A stretch of DNA of 64,000 bases, taken from positions 26,264 to 90,263 of the forward strand of contig JBBCKI010000015.1 of assembly GCA_037190965.1 (NCBI GenBank). The letters run 5' to 3'. The position numbers and the translations under genes are program-made. The notes under the pieces were generated by a model. It searched no databases. It had not been told where the DNA came from and was given only the letters and a program-made list of their open reading frames with translations. Each line of letters opens with the position of its first letter. The stretch's first letter is position 1. Below are positions 29,031 through 39,500 of this stretch, in pieces. This DNA comes from Chthoniobacteraceae bacterium. GTDB lineage: Bacteria > Verrucomicrobiota > Verrucomicrobiia > Chthoniobacterales > Chthoniobacteraceae.

Positions 29031-29315
29031 TCAATACGCAAGTTCGAGTCAACGGTATCGAGTACCGGCCAGGCACTTGTCTTCATCCGGCACACCGAGG
29101 GGGCCTGATTGTGTGTTTTGAACCATTGATGACCGTCTTGAAATTTCCCTTTGCAAAAAAACGATTAACTGTTCCACTTGCATTCACTATTGTGAAACAC
29201 CCCATGGAAGATCATCCGTTGTTTTCGAACAACTTACGACTCGGCGGGCAAAATCCCGCCTCTCTCGCCAGTTCTGAGAGACAAACGGAACATTAGTGAA
29301 AAGCCGCCTGTTTCT

Positions 29316-29579
29316 ATGAGATTACTCCTTGCTCTCGTTCTTATCGCCGGCGCGGGGGCCTATTTGGATCACCGGTCCCCGCCCAAGCCCACCTCTGGTT
29401 CGGTGATTGCATTGGAAGCCCCAACGCCGCCCACGCAAGAGTTTCTCAATCAGCTGGCAGCGAAAGAAGAGGCCAGATTGAGAGCCCGTGGCGGGTGTAT
29501 GAAGCACGCGAAAATCACAGTGACAGTAGAACCGGTGGAGACCACTCGCCGCACCGGAGTCAGCTCCCGCGGCCCGTGA
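29316..29579 (+). CDS. Small hypothetical protein with N-terminal hydrophobic segment
   Basis: 87-aa ORF with MRLLLALVLIAGAGA start in an otherwise empty gap; no family recognised. Confidence 0.45.
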   Translation: MRLLLALVLIAGAGAYLDHRSPPKPTSGSVIALEAPTPPTQEFLNQLAAKEEARLRARGGCMKHAKITVTVEPVETTRRTGVSSRGP

Positions 29580-29613
29580 GATATTATCCTGTCCCTGCCG
29601 CTTCGTTCATCGT

Positions 29614-30255
29614 CTATCTCCCTGCATGATCTCTGACGTCGGCGCGTGCCGTCGTATCGTCGAAGGAACCGGTCCGCAAAGGTCCGCCGGGTCTGTAGGT
29701 GCTGATGATGACGCCCGAGGACGCAGCCTTCGTGCTGACGAGCGCGAACTCGCGCGGTGGGACTCCATCCGAAAAGAAGCGTTTGCCTGCACCCAACAGG
29801 ATCGGATAGACGAGCAGCAAGACCTCATCCGCAAGCCCGTGTTCGAGCAGCACCGGCGTCAGCGTCGAGCTGCCCCAGACGATCAGGTCCGGACCGTCCT
29901 TCGCCTTGATACCGCGAAGGCCCTCGACGATGTCCGGTCCAAGATCCTCGACCGGCCCCCATCCAAGACTCTCTGGCCTGTGGGTCGCGACATATTTCGT
30001 CGCCGCGTTCAGGCTCTCCGCCATCGGACTCTTGTCGGCTTTCGGCCAATAGGCACTCCAGATATCGTAGGTTCGGCGCCCCAGCAGCAAATCGAAAGCT
30101 TCGCCGTGCCCCGCTTTGATGGCTTCTCCAACCTCCGGGTCGGAATGCGGCACTGCCCATCCGCCGTAGGGGTAATCGCCATCTTCCTTCGGCCCGCCGG
30201 GGGCCTGAATCACACCGTCCAGCGAGATGTGTTCGATGATCCTGATCTTTCTCAT
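29614..30255 (-). CDS. Dihydrofolate reductase / RibD C-terminal family protein
   Basis: ISLDGVIQAPGG, LLLGRRTY, VWGSSTL, DEVLLLVYPILLGAGKRFF; AAAGGAG RBS ahead of ATG 30255. Confidence 0.9.
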   Translation of the reverse strand: MRKIRIIEHISLDGVIQAPGGPKEDGDYPYGGWAVPHSDPEVGEAIKAGHGEAFDLLLGRRTYDIWSAYWPKADKSPMAESLNAATKYVATHRPESLGWGPVEDLGPDIVEGLRGIKAKDGPDLIVWGSSTLTPVLLEHGLADEVLLLVYPILLGAGKRFFSDGVPPREFALVSTKAASSGVIISTYRPGGPLRTGSFDDTTARADVRDHAGR

Positions 30256-30457
30256 AGCGTCTCCTTTCACGCGGGTCTGCGCTCGCTTGCGGCAGGCGCG
30301 ATAAACAGCATTTCGATGTAGCAGCGACTATGTCAAGACAGCCGTGAAAGGACTAAATCCCGCTTCTCTCTTTTGAAGGACCGGAACTGTCTCGCACAAA
30401 GAGCGAAAGATGAACCCCAGAATACGGCGGAAAACAGAGCTTATCCGATTATAAGCG

Positions 30458-31576
30458 GTGCAAAACCCTTGTGATTTCCTCCCGAAAGTCCTCCCGTGGC
30501 TCCGTTCGGAACCGCGATGGAGCTTCGGCTTCTGGACGTCCCTTTTGCTCATCCTTGTTTTCATCAATCCAGTTCAAGCCAAAGAGATAGAAACGATCGA
30601 GACTCAAAACATTTATACCACAAAACTGGAAAGCCCATGGGAATTCAGACTGGCGATTCCAATCTGGCTTGCCGGTGTTTCGGGAGAAGTAGGGGTACAC
30701 GGGAGAACGTCGGACATTGACGTCGGTGTTGGCACTATCCTCCGAAAGCTCAACTTCACGGCCTCCTTTAGCGTCGAGGCAAGAAAGGGACGCTTCGGCG
30801 TTTATGGGGATTTTCTCTATCTCAGTGACCAGACGGGAGTAACCAGGAACAGGCTTATCTCCAGAATTGACCTTCGGGTGGACGAGTATTTGACGGATTT
30901 CGACCTGAACTGGAGGTTTTTAAGCAATCCCCGAGGGTGGCTGGATCTCCTCGCCGGTTTCCGTTATATCAATTTATACAACAGACTCGGGCTGGATGCG
31001 GGAGAGGGCGCAATCCAGGCCGCGAGCGAAAGACTTGTGAATGTTGCGAGCGATCAAATCAAGCGATTACTCGAAAAGGAGCTTGGCGACGCCCTGCATT
31101 TAAGAAACCCACCCCTGCCGGTTGCTCCGCTTGCGGCAGAGCTGGAGCAGAAATTGTTAAAACAGATTCAGAAAGCTCGGAAAGATCCCGAACTCGCGGC
31201 AGCCGTTGAATCGGGCGATCAGGCCAGGATCGATCAGGCCAAAAGAAAGGTAGAGCGCAAAATCGCCAAGATTCTGAGCAAAAATCTCAACCGTAGTTTC
31301 TCGTTGAGCGAAGATTGGATCGATCCCTACATTGGGCTCCGCGCACGTTATAACCTGGCAGAGGCATTCTATCTTACCGCAAAGGCCGATGTGGGCGGGT
31401 TTAGCGTCGGATCGCGATTGAGCAGCCAGGTCTACGGGGCGATTGGTTGTCAGATCACCAGGAATTTCTATTCCGAAGCCGGGTACAGATTTCTTTACGT
31501 CGACTATCGAAATGGCGGTTTTACCTATAAGATCTCCACCAGTGGAGCGGAGATCACTCTGGGGCTCTTGTTTTGA
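30458..31576 (+). CDS. Probable outer-membrane beta-barrel protein with a helical insertion
   Basis: Signal-like segment, amphipathic strands (WIDPYIGLRARY, ADVGGF, AGYRFLYVDY), C-terminal Phe. Start uncertain. Confidence 0.7.
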   Translation: MQNPCDFLPKVLPWLRSEPRWSFGFWTSLLLILVFINPVQAKEIETIETQNIYTTKLESPWEFRLAIPIWLAGVSGEVGVHGRTSDIDVGVGTILRKLNFTASFSVEARKGRFGVYGDFLYLSDQTGVTRNRLISRIDLRVDEYLTDFDLNWRFLSNPRGWLDLLAGFRYINLYNRLGLDAGEGAIQAASERLVNVASDQIKRLLEKELGDALHLRNPPLPVAPLAAELEQKLLKQIQKARKDPELAAAVESGDQARIDQAKRKVERKIAKILSKNLNRSFSLSEDWIDPYIGLRARYNLAEAFYLTAKADVGGFSVGSRLSSQVYGAIGCQITRNFYSEAGYRFLYVDYRNGGFTYKISTSGAEITLGLLF

Positions 31577-31913
31577 GAATCTGCCGTACCAACTGGCTTC
31601 ACTTCTGGATCGGGGTCTTGATACTTATGGAAAACATCATGGATTGATTGATGCGTTTCCTGATCGCCGATCGAGTTTGTATCGGTCGTTCAATGCGGCA
31701 GTTTGTGGAGCGTTCTCAAAAAGCTTGGGCACCACGCCACCATCCACGGAAGAAACCTCCCCCCGGTTCACGGCAGCCGCTCATTTTCGCAGGAAGGCAG
31801 CCGTTGGAACCTAGACAAGCGAACTTCTTCCACGATTTTCAGATCGAGGGATGAGAAACATCAGCCGGAAAGCCAGTAGGGAAACGATGAAAAGACCTTT
31901 GTTGCGATAACCG

Positions 31914-32203
31914 ATGAAAATCATCCCCAAGTCCCTTGCGGCGCTGATGATCATTCTCGCTGGTCTCACCACCAGCCAAGCCCAGGACCCCCTTCCCTCG
32001 TGGAATGACGGCCCGGCGAAACAGGCGATCATTGACTTCGTGAAAGAAACCACGGAGAAGGATGGTCCAAAATTCATTCCTCCTGAAGAACGCATCGCAA
32101 CATTCGATCAGGATGGAACGTCTATGACGAGGCGAAGAAGAATGACTGGACGGTGATCAGCATGAAAAACGATTGGAAGCGCATTTTCGCCTTCGAGCCT
32201 TGA
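31914..32203 (+). pseudogene. Internally deleted secreted HAD-family phosphatase
   Basis: Signal + DPLPSWNDG...RIATFDQDGT (HAD motif I), joined out of frame at ~32120 to the family C-terminus YDEAKKNDWTVISMKNDWKRIFAFEP*. Confidence 0.85.
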
Positions 32204-32271
32204 TCTTCGAGCAACAGATTGTCCTGCACCACGAACAACCGGCCCTCCCTCAGTTCCACCGCTGCCGGTGC

Positions 32272-33141
32272 CTATCCTTTGACAGCACCTGCGCTCAGCC
32301 CACGAATGAATAACTTCATGGTGAAAAGAAAAATCAAAATGAGGGGAAGGCTTGCGATGACGAAGGCCGCCATGATCCGTCCCCATTGCTTGACATATTC
32401 TCCGTCAAGATAGATCAGCCCGACGCCGATGGTGAAAAGCTCCGGGTCGCGGAGAACGATGAGCGGCATCAGGAAATCATTCCACGTGTTCAGGAAGTTG
32501 AGAATCGCCAACGTCCCGATGATGGATCCGCTCATCGGGAGAACGACGTTCCGGATCTGCTGGAAGTGGGATGCTCCGTCGATCTCCGCCGCTTCAAACA
32601 GATCCTTCGGAATCTCTTCAATGAAATTGCGCAAGACATAGATGGAAAACACAAGGCCTCCCGCAATGCCCAGGACGATCAGTGCCCACAGCGTGTTGAG
32701 CAGGTTGAGCTCTTTAAGGATGGAAAAGAGCGGGACAATATTGGCCACGCTTGGCATCAGCATCAGCAGCAGAAACCCCGCCCAGAGCACGCCACCGAAG
32801 GGCATCTTGTAACGCGCAAAAAAGTAGGCACCACATACGGACACCGCCAGGCACCCCAACGTCGCGCTGACGGAAACGACGACTGAGTTTGCCACATAGG
32901 GGATCACCAGCTTGATGGCGTAGAGAAAATTCTGCCATTGCCAGGTGTCCGGCATTCCCGGAGCCCAGGCGTTCGCGAAGAAAAGATCGTTATCCTTCAG
33001 GCTGACCTGGATCATCATGTAGAACGGAAACAGGCTGATCCCGAGCAATAGCAGCAAGACGAGGTGTTTGGGCCAGTCAGAGCCTCGATGGCTGCCAACG
33101 GCGTCCAGTTTCGCGGGAGATGATGTGATCGAGTTACTCAT
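32272..33141 (-). CDS. Carbohydrate ABC transporter permease (MalG-like)
   Basis: EAA loop IPKDLFEAAEIDGAS; WNDFLMP; six TM helices. Confidence 0.94.
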   Translation of the reverse strand: MSNSITSSPAKLDAVGSHRGSDWPKHLVLLLLLGISLFPFYMMIQVSLKDNDLFFANAWAPGMPDTWQWQNFLYAIKLVIPYVANSVVVSVSATLGCLAVSVCGAYFFARYKMPFGGVLWAGFLLLMLMPSVANIVPLFSILKELNLLNTLWALIVLGIAGGLVFSIYVLRNFIEEIPKDLFEAAEIDGASHFQQIRNVVLPMSGSIIGTLAILNFLNTWNDFLMPLIVLRDPELFTIGVGLIYLDGEYVKQWGRIMAAFVIASLPLILIFLFTMKLFIRGLSAGAVKG

Positions 33142-34085
33142 TTATCGACACGTACATAACGGTTATTGATCCAGGTCAGCCCCAGGATGAAGGCGAAGAG
33201 GAAGATGCCCAGAGAGCAGGCGTAGCCAAACTCTCCTGCAAGGAAGGCCCGGTTGAACATCCAGAGGCCCGGGACCATGCCACGCCCTCCCGCGCCTCCA
33301 TCCTGCCCGAGGAGAAGCAGTTGAAGCCCAAACCCCTGAAGCGTGGCAATGATCAGCATCACAAGGCTCAGGCGCACCTGCGTCATGATGAGTGGAAACT
33401 CGACGTAGCGAAACTTCTGCCATGATCCTGCGCCGTCGAGTTCCGCGGCTTCGTAGACCTCCGAGCCAATCGACTGGAGCCCGGCCAGGTAGATCAGCAC
33501 GCCGACCGCGCCGATCCACGGGAAGCCCCAGATGATCAGGGAAGGAATGATCAGCCCGGGCTCCGAAAGCCAGGCGATGGGGATGCCTTCGTGAAAGACG
33601 CCCCAACCGAAGAGACGATCCATACCGACCAACGCCGACTTCAGCCCCGTTGCATCGAGGAACCCATTGAGCGCACCCTGCGTCGGGTCGAAGAAAAACT
33701 TCCAGATAAAGAGGGTTACCAGGCCCGGCACAATCATCGGGAGTACGACCCCGATCCGGTAGAGATATTGCCAGCGGTCGCTCTTAAGCCGGTGAATGAG
33801 CACCGCCATTAGGATGGAGGGGATCAGCTTGAAGAGATTGCTGACGACCAGGATTGCCATCACCCAGAACGAACCAATGAACACCGTGTCGCCCATGGCG
33901 TCATAGAAGTTCTTAAGCCCGATGAACTCCTTGTTGTCGCCACCGCTCCAGCGGAAGAAGCTATGGTATATGGCACTCAGCGCAGGGAGATAGCAGAAGG
34001 TGACGACGAGGACGATAGACGGGACAATGAAAAGGTAGAGCCTCCATTCGAGAAGCGCCTTGCGATTACTGATGGGCGTAGACAT
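33138..34085 (-). CDS. Carbohydrate ABC transporter permease (MalF-like)
   Basis: FIGLKNF; YLAGLQSIGSEVYEAAELDGAG; FGYACS. Confidence 0.94.
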   Translation of the reverse strand: MSTPISNRKALLEWRLYLFIVPSIVLVVTFCYLPALSAIYHSFFRWSGGDNKEFIGLKNFYDAMGDTVFIGSFWVMAILVVSNLFKLIPSILMAVLIHRLKSDRWQYLYRIGVVLPMIVPGLVTLFIWKFFFDPTQGALNGFLDATGLKSALVGMDRLFGWGVFHEGIPIAWLSEPGLIIPSLIIWGFPWIGAVGVLIYLAGLQSIGSEVYEAAELDGAGSWQKFRYVEFPLIMTQVRLSLVMLIIATLQGFGLQLLLLGQDGGAGGRGMVPGLWMFNRAFLAGEFGYACSLGIFLFAFILGLTWINNRYVRVDK

Positions 34086-34088
34086 GGG

Positions 34089-35678
34089 CTATTGCGTGGG
34101 TTGACCGGCCTTTTCGAGAGTCAACCTCGCGCGGTAATATTGCCTTTGGTTTGCGGAGTCCGCCTGAAGAAAGATATCGAGACGGTGGGCCGCTTCTTTC
34201 TTCTCTCGAGCGATCCATCCAAGGGCAGCCAACTGGGTATCTCCGCGCTGGATCAGGTCGACATTGGCGCGCAGGTTTCGCCGCAGATCGCTGATGAGAG
34301 TGTCCGGATATCTGTTCTTAACGGTCTGGATAAACGAATCAACGCTGCCCATGGGGTTCACGAGAAGATGTAGCGATGTATTGAAGAGGCGGGTGGTGTC
34401 GGGTCCATTCCCGACCGAGGGGTTCAACCCGGCAAGATAGCCGTCGGAAACAGGCAGAAAGGGCTGAACCTCGGAGCTCGGCCGGGTACCGACTATCGCG
34501 GGAATCCAGCCGCTGACGTCCGTCCAGATCTGGCTGGCTTGGCGGCTGGCCAGGAACAGTAGAAAATCCCGTGCGACTTCCGCGTTTGGTGCCTTCCGGG
34601 TCAACCCAAACGAGACGGCAGCATTGGTGCCCGCCTCGGACAGCGCCCCCAAGGTAAACTTGGCATACTTGGGATTTTCGGCCGATGGATATGGAATTGG
34701 TGTGACCCCGACGCGAAACCGAACCTGATGACGGATACTGGTTGCGTCCCAGCTCCCCGTGCAGATAATCACGGCGCGCCTTTGGACGAAGAGAAGCGTC
34801 GCGTCGTCCCTCATCATCTGGATGAAGCCGGGCTGCATGTACTGGCCGGTTTCACGCATCAGGGTGAGGCCAGAGCGGACAGCCTCCGTCTCAAAACTCC
34901 AGCGCCCCTCCAGCCAATCGGATATCCGACCGATCGGGTCATCGGCGAGCGTTCCGAGATCGCTGAGTTGCTCCGATAGTCTCTGGGTCTGGCTGGAGAA
35001 CAGCCCTTTCATTAGAAAAGGGGCATTGTAACTCGAGCCGGCGATGGGAACCAGCGGCAGCCTTTCCGCCTTTGCGTACCGGGCGATCTCTTCACACAAG
35101 GCGACAAATTCCTCGTAGGTAGCGGGCAACTGACGACTGCCGGTGATCTCTTCGAGCAGGTCGAGGTTGTAGAAGAGCCGCACCGAGGATGCGGACACCG
35201 GGACCCAGTAGTATTCCAAAAGCAACGGATGATAGCCTCCTTCCATCCCGTCAAAGAATGTCTGCCGGAGCGGAACCGCCTCCAGGTCCGTCCCCTTGTT
35301 GTAAGGATTCGGTTTATCAACGAGTTCGGAAAGCGGAACGAAGAAGCGCGTCAGCGTATTATCCCACGTCCGGACTTGAATAATGTCTGGAGCCGTTTCA
35401 CCGATGAGCTGCGTCAACGCCCAGTTGGGATAGATTTTTTCCGGAATCGGAAGCGGCTCCACCTTTACGCCGGGATGGAGGTGCATGTACTCCTGCGCGA
35501 TCTTGTCGAACGCCTCCTTCGGGCCATTCTCCAACTGCCAGTGCGCGATGCGGACTGTCACTTGCCTTTGCCCTTCGTGACTGAAACCAAGTTTCATCAC
35601 TACAATCCGCCCAAGCGCCACGACGAAGCAGACCGCAAGCAATCCGAATCCGATTCCATTGAGAATCTTCTCCCGCAT
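34089..35678 (-). CDS. Carbohydrate ABC transporter substrate-binding protein
   Basis: N-terminal anchor; APDII, LFYNLDLL, TGSWD, ARDFLLFL family-1 SBP motifs; directly upstream of the permeases. Confidence 0.88.
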   Translation of the reverse strand: MREKILNGIGFGLLAVCFVVALGRIVVMKLGFSHEGQRQVTVRIAHWQLENGPKEAFDKIAQEYMHLHPGVKVEPLPIPEKIYPNWALTQLIGETAPDIIQVRTWDNTLTRFFVPLSELVDKPNPYNKGTDLEAVPLRQTFFDGMEGGYHPLLLEYYWVPVSASSVRLFYNLDLLEEITGSRQLPATYEEFVALCEEIARYAKAERLPLVPIAGSSYNAPFLMKGLFSSQTQRLSEQLSDLGTLADDPIGRISDWLEGRWSFETEAVRSGLTLMRETGQYMQPGFIQMMRDDATLLFVQRRAVIICTGSWDATSIRHQVRFRVGVTPIPYPSAENPKYAKFTLGALSEAGTNAAVSFGLTRKAPNAEVARDFLLFLASRQASQIWTDVSGWIPAIVGTRPSSEVQPFLPVSDGYLAGLNPSVGNGPDTTRLFNTSLHLLVNPMGSVDSFIQTVKNRYPDTLISDLRRNLRANVDLIQRGDTQLAALGWIAREKKEAAHRLDIFLQADSANQRQYYRARLTLEKAGQPTQ

Positions 35679-35684
35679 AATGCG

Positions 35685-36581
35685 TCAATCTCCCGAACTG
35701 AGGGCTTCCAGCCTCTTTTTGATGGTGTAGTGGCGATTGTCGCGCGGGTACTTTGCGAGGAATTTTTTGTAATACTCCGCCGCCAGTTCATTGCGGCCTT
35801 CGACCCGAGCGAGTTCGCCGATGGAAACCCAGGTTGCCGCTTCAGTTTGCCAACGAGTAATCCCCTCCTTTTCCGCCGTGAGAAGATGGAAGATCGCCCT
35901 CGCGCGGCTCCGTTCCATTTCAGAGAACTGAATATAGGCGTTCCCTAGGTTAAGGTGGTAATCGCGCTTTCCTGAAGGAGATTGAAGTCGAGGAGCCAGG
36001 GACTCCAGAGCCGCAAATCGTCTCGCCCGCTCCTCGCTCGAAATGTTTTCGTAGAGATCAATCAAAACCAGCGAGGAGGCGCTTCGATCAGCAATGGGAT
36101 TACCCGGATATTCTTCGAGCAGCCGATGATAAAGCGTCCGGGCGTCCTTCAGCCTGGGCGGCTGGGCGTGCATCTCATGCAAGCGCGCGAGAAAATAGGT
36201 GGCGAATATCGCGATTTCGCCATTGTCCCGGTTGCCGGATAATCTTTCGAGTTTGATCCGGGCCTTTTCGATATTGCCGCGCGTGCGAGGCTGGACGTTA
36301 AGCAAAGTAACGGCATCGCCCAATTCCCGTTCGAGTTCGTCGGTTCCCATGAGCCCTTTGGCCGCCACAAAACGCCGATTGGCCTCGCTGACGAGGAAAC
36401 TCGAGGCTTCGAGCCATGCCGCGTCGAGTTCGGCCCTTTCCGCCTTGTAGCTCTCCCCGGCATGCGCGGCGCCGATCATCAGAACGGTGCATACGATCAC
36501 GCTGGCAGCCATTTGCCCGGCAATAAATTCAGTCGCACGGCTAATCCTCAATAGCCCCATATGCCTCTCATTTCGTTTCAT
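35685..36581 (-). CDS. TPR-like helical secreted protein
   Basis: TPR/BamD-like segments (YHRLLEEYPGNP, AAEYYKKFLAKYP); signal-like VIVCTVLMIGAAHA. True start may be downstream. Confidence 0.7.
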   Translation of the reverse strand: MKRNERHMGLLRISRATEFIAGQMAASVIVCTVLMIGAAHAGESYKAERAELDAAWLEASSFLVSEANRRFVAAKGLMGTDELERELGDAVTLLNVQPRTRGNIEKARIKLERLSGNRDNGEIAIFATYFLARLHEMHAQPPRLKDARTLYHRLLEEYPGNPIADRSASSLVLIDLYENISSEERARRFAALESLAPRLQSPSGKRDYHLNLGNAYIQFSEMERSRARAIFHLLTAEKEGITRWQTEAATWVSIGELARVEGRNELAAEYYKKFLAKYPRDNRHYTIKKRLEALSSGD

Positions 36582-39500
36582 GGCTATTCTTCGAAATTCG
36601 CAGACTAATCAAAAAATACGGAGTAAACCGGATTTCTTCAACGGTCACTGCTTCTTCCCGCTTCTCGGAAAGATCAGTTATAGATGCGGCGTATCCCTCA
36701 GCCAGACGCAGCTTGGCGCTGCCGCGGCGACCCATCGTTTCATGAAGGCGCAGAATCCACCCCCGGCCATCTTCGGCAGGTTTCGCCCAGGAAGGGACAA
36801 GGGTCTCGCCCCCTTCCAGACCAAGGAAACCCGCCTGTACCGCTTCTCCACGGTAACGCACCGGTTCCGTAAACAGCGTCTCAGCCAAAGCAGCGCCCAG
36901 GTGCTCTCGCGAAGCATCGGGGGATTGGAAATAGAGCGCCATCCGAATGGTGTGGTGCCCGAGGTCGGAGTAAACCGAACGCCCTCCCCCATGCCTTAGC
37001 GAAGCCGGAAAAATCGAACCGTGCCCCCGGTCCTCACCTGTTACGCGAGGCGAACGGAGCAGCGAGACACCCAGCACCCCATTCCATGCGGAGAAGCCGT
37101 ATTTCGCTTCCGTCACGACACCCAGCCCTTCCGTCTCGCCGTCGTCTCCGATGACCGCCCAGCGGCTGGCGGGGCCTTCAAACATCGCCTCTTCTCTCGA
37201 ATTGCCGGGCTGCTGCCCCCGGAGCACGCTCCCAAACGGTGTCCCAAAACGGGCATTGCGCCCGGAATATGCGGTCGGGAAAAGGAGACGCAGGAGCGCT
37301 TGCTCATCACGCCAGTCGACCTCAATTTCAACGCGAAGCACGGGGTTGAATGCATCGAGCCGGTAGCGAATGACGGCCTCGCTACGCTCCGATAACCTCC
37401 GCCGGAATTCCACCACCCCTTCCTCGCGCGAGCAGACCGCCACGAAGGCCTCCGCTGTGGAATCAACGACACGGCCCAGACTCAAATTCTGACGATCGAT
37501 ATCCCACGCCTCGAATTCGGCGGGAAAATCGGGATAAATTGTCAATGCTCCCAGCGCCCCGGAAAGTGCGACTTCCTTTCCACCAAATGAAAGAGCGGCA
37601 ATTTGTCCCATCGAGTCAAAAGCGACCCTGACATGATCACTGGCCATCTCGAGAGGTGTGGCCTCCACCGCCCCTGCCTCTCCCGGCACGGGCAAACTAT
37701 GAATCGGAGCACCCGAGAGCGGAGGCAGCGTAACAGCCCGCCTCCGATGATTCTCGATCGGCACCACCGTCGTGCGAGCGAGAGGGAGCGGGTTAAAAAG
37801 GGCATCGTCGCCGCCGATCCCTGCATTACCCAATTCGAGCACTGCCGCCTCCAGCGCCTTCTTTGAAATCGCCGCCAGTTCCGGAAGTCCCTCCTCATAA
37901 ACCTCCCAGATTGAGGAGCCCGGGATGTAATCGTGGAACTGCGCAAAAACAAGCCGCCTCCACGGTCCATCGTCAAGGACGCCGCCTCCGGTTACAGAAC
38001 GGACCGCCTCCCATGTCTGAAGCGCCCGTTCACATTCACGAAAACGCGCTTTCAGGTCACCGTGCGTCGTAAACACACCCCGGTGATATTCCAAGTACAG
38101 TTCCCCCTGGTACACCGGCAGCTTGGCGCGGACCTGGTTCAGGCGGTCGAAAAAACTCGTCACACTCCCCCACTGCACCTCCGGCATCCCGCCCAGCGAA
38201 CGATAGCGTCGCGCACGCTCGCATATCTCCTCCGTTACCCCGCCACCGCCATCGCCAAACCCGGTCGGGGCGAGAAACTCATCATGCACGTCAGACTGAC
38301 GATAGGCCTGTGCGCCCCTCCTGAGTTCTTCAGCAGAGGCCAGCTGATTATAGCCATTCTCCTGCGTCACATGCACAAGCACTTCCGAACCGTCGATTCC
38401 ACGCCAGACGAAACTGCTGTACGGGAAGAGATGAATATTCGACCACGTCAGCTTTGTGGTGAAGAAATATTCCACTCCCGTCTGATTCATGATCTGCGGC
38501 AGGCACCCGGCATAACCGAAAACGTCAGGGATCCAGAGCACGCGGGAAGAACTCCCGGACAGCCGCTCGAATCCCTTCTGCCCCAAAAGGAAGCTACGCG
38601 CCAAGGCCTCGCCGCACGCCATTTGTGTATCGGACTCCACCTCCGTCGCCCCGATGGCTTCCCAACGGCCGCTCGCCATTCGCTCTCTGACGGCCTCCAT
38701 CAACTTCGGGCTTCTTTTCTCCACCGCCGAGTAACTTGCCGGTTGGCTATACCCGAATACCAGTTCCGGATAGCTGTCCATCAACCGGTTCATCGTCGAA
38801 AACGTATGCACCGCCTTGTACTCCCCCGTTCTCTCCGGCCAAAGCCAGACGAGGTCGATATGGGCATGGCCTGTCAATACAGCCCTAATCCGTTGATGCT
38901 GCCCTGAGAGCCGCGAATAGACTTCCGAAATCACCTCCTTCGCCGCCCCAAGGCCGCCACGGTTGAAGGCATTGAAAATATCGTCGAGGCCGCGCAAAAG
39001 CCGCCGATAAAGTACCGGCACGACATTCACCGGCTCCTGATAACCGACGCCCAGGATTTTGAGTGATTTCCCCGACGGGGCCGCCTTGGCCTCCTCGACG
39101 GTCAACTGATAGAGCGCCTCCACATCATGATAGACTTCCCAAGCGAGTTCATTCCGCCGGAAGAGCCCCGCCTTCGAAAGAGTGCTCCCAGTTGAATTTA
39201 GCCCCTTTGCCTCGGGATGCCAGATCGCGCTCTGCAAGCAAAGCCCCTCGACAAATAACTCACGGGTGCCCTTCGGAATCCTGCAAAAGCGATGAGCCAC
39301 GTCAAAGCCGTAAAACGGCACGCCATCGCGATACACCGTTCCCTCTCCCTGATCGTGCCAATGGAGGTACAATTCCCCGGAGTGCTCCGGCAAAAGAATA
39401 CGAAACCACGCCTGCTCAAACAGCTTTCCCCAGAAGAACGGCAGCTCCACCATTTCGAAAGAAAGCCTAGACGCCTCTTCAACTCGCATCGGCTCCACAA

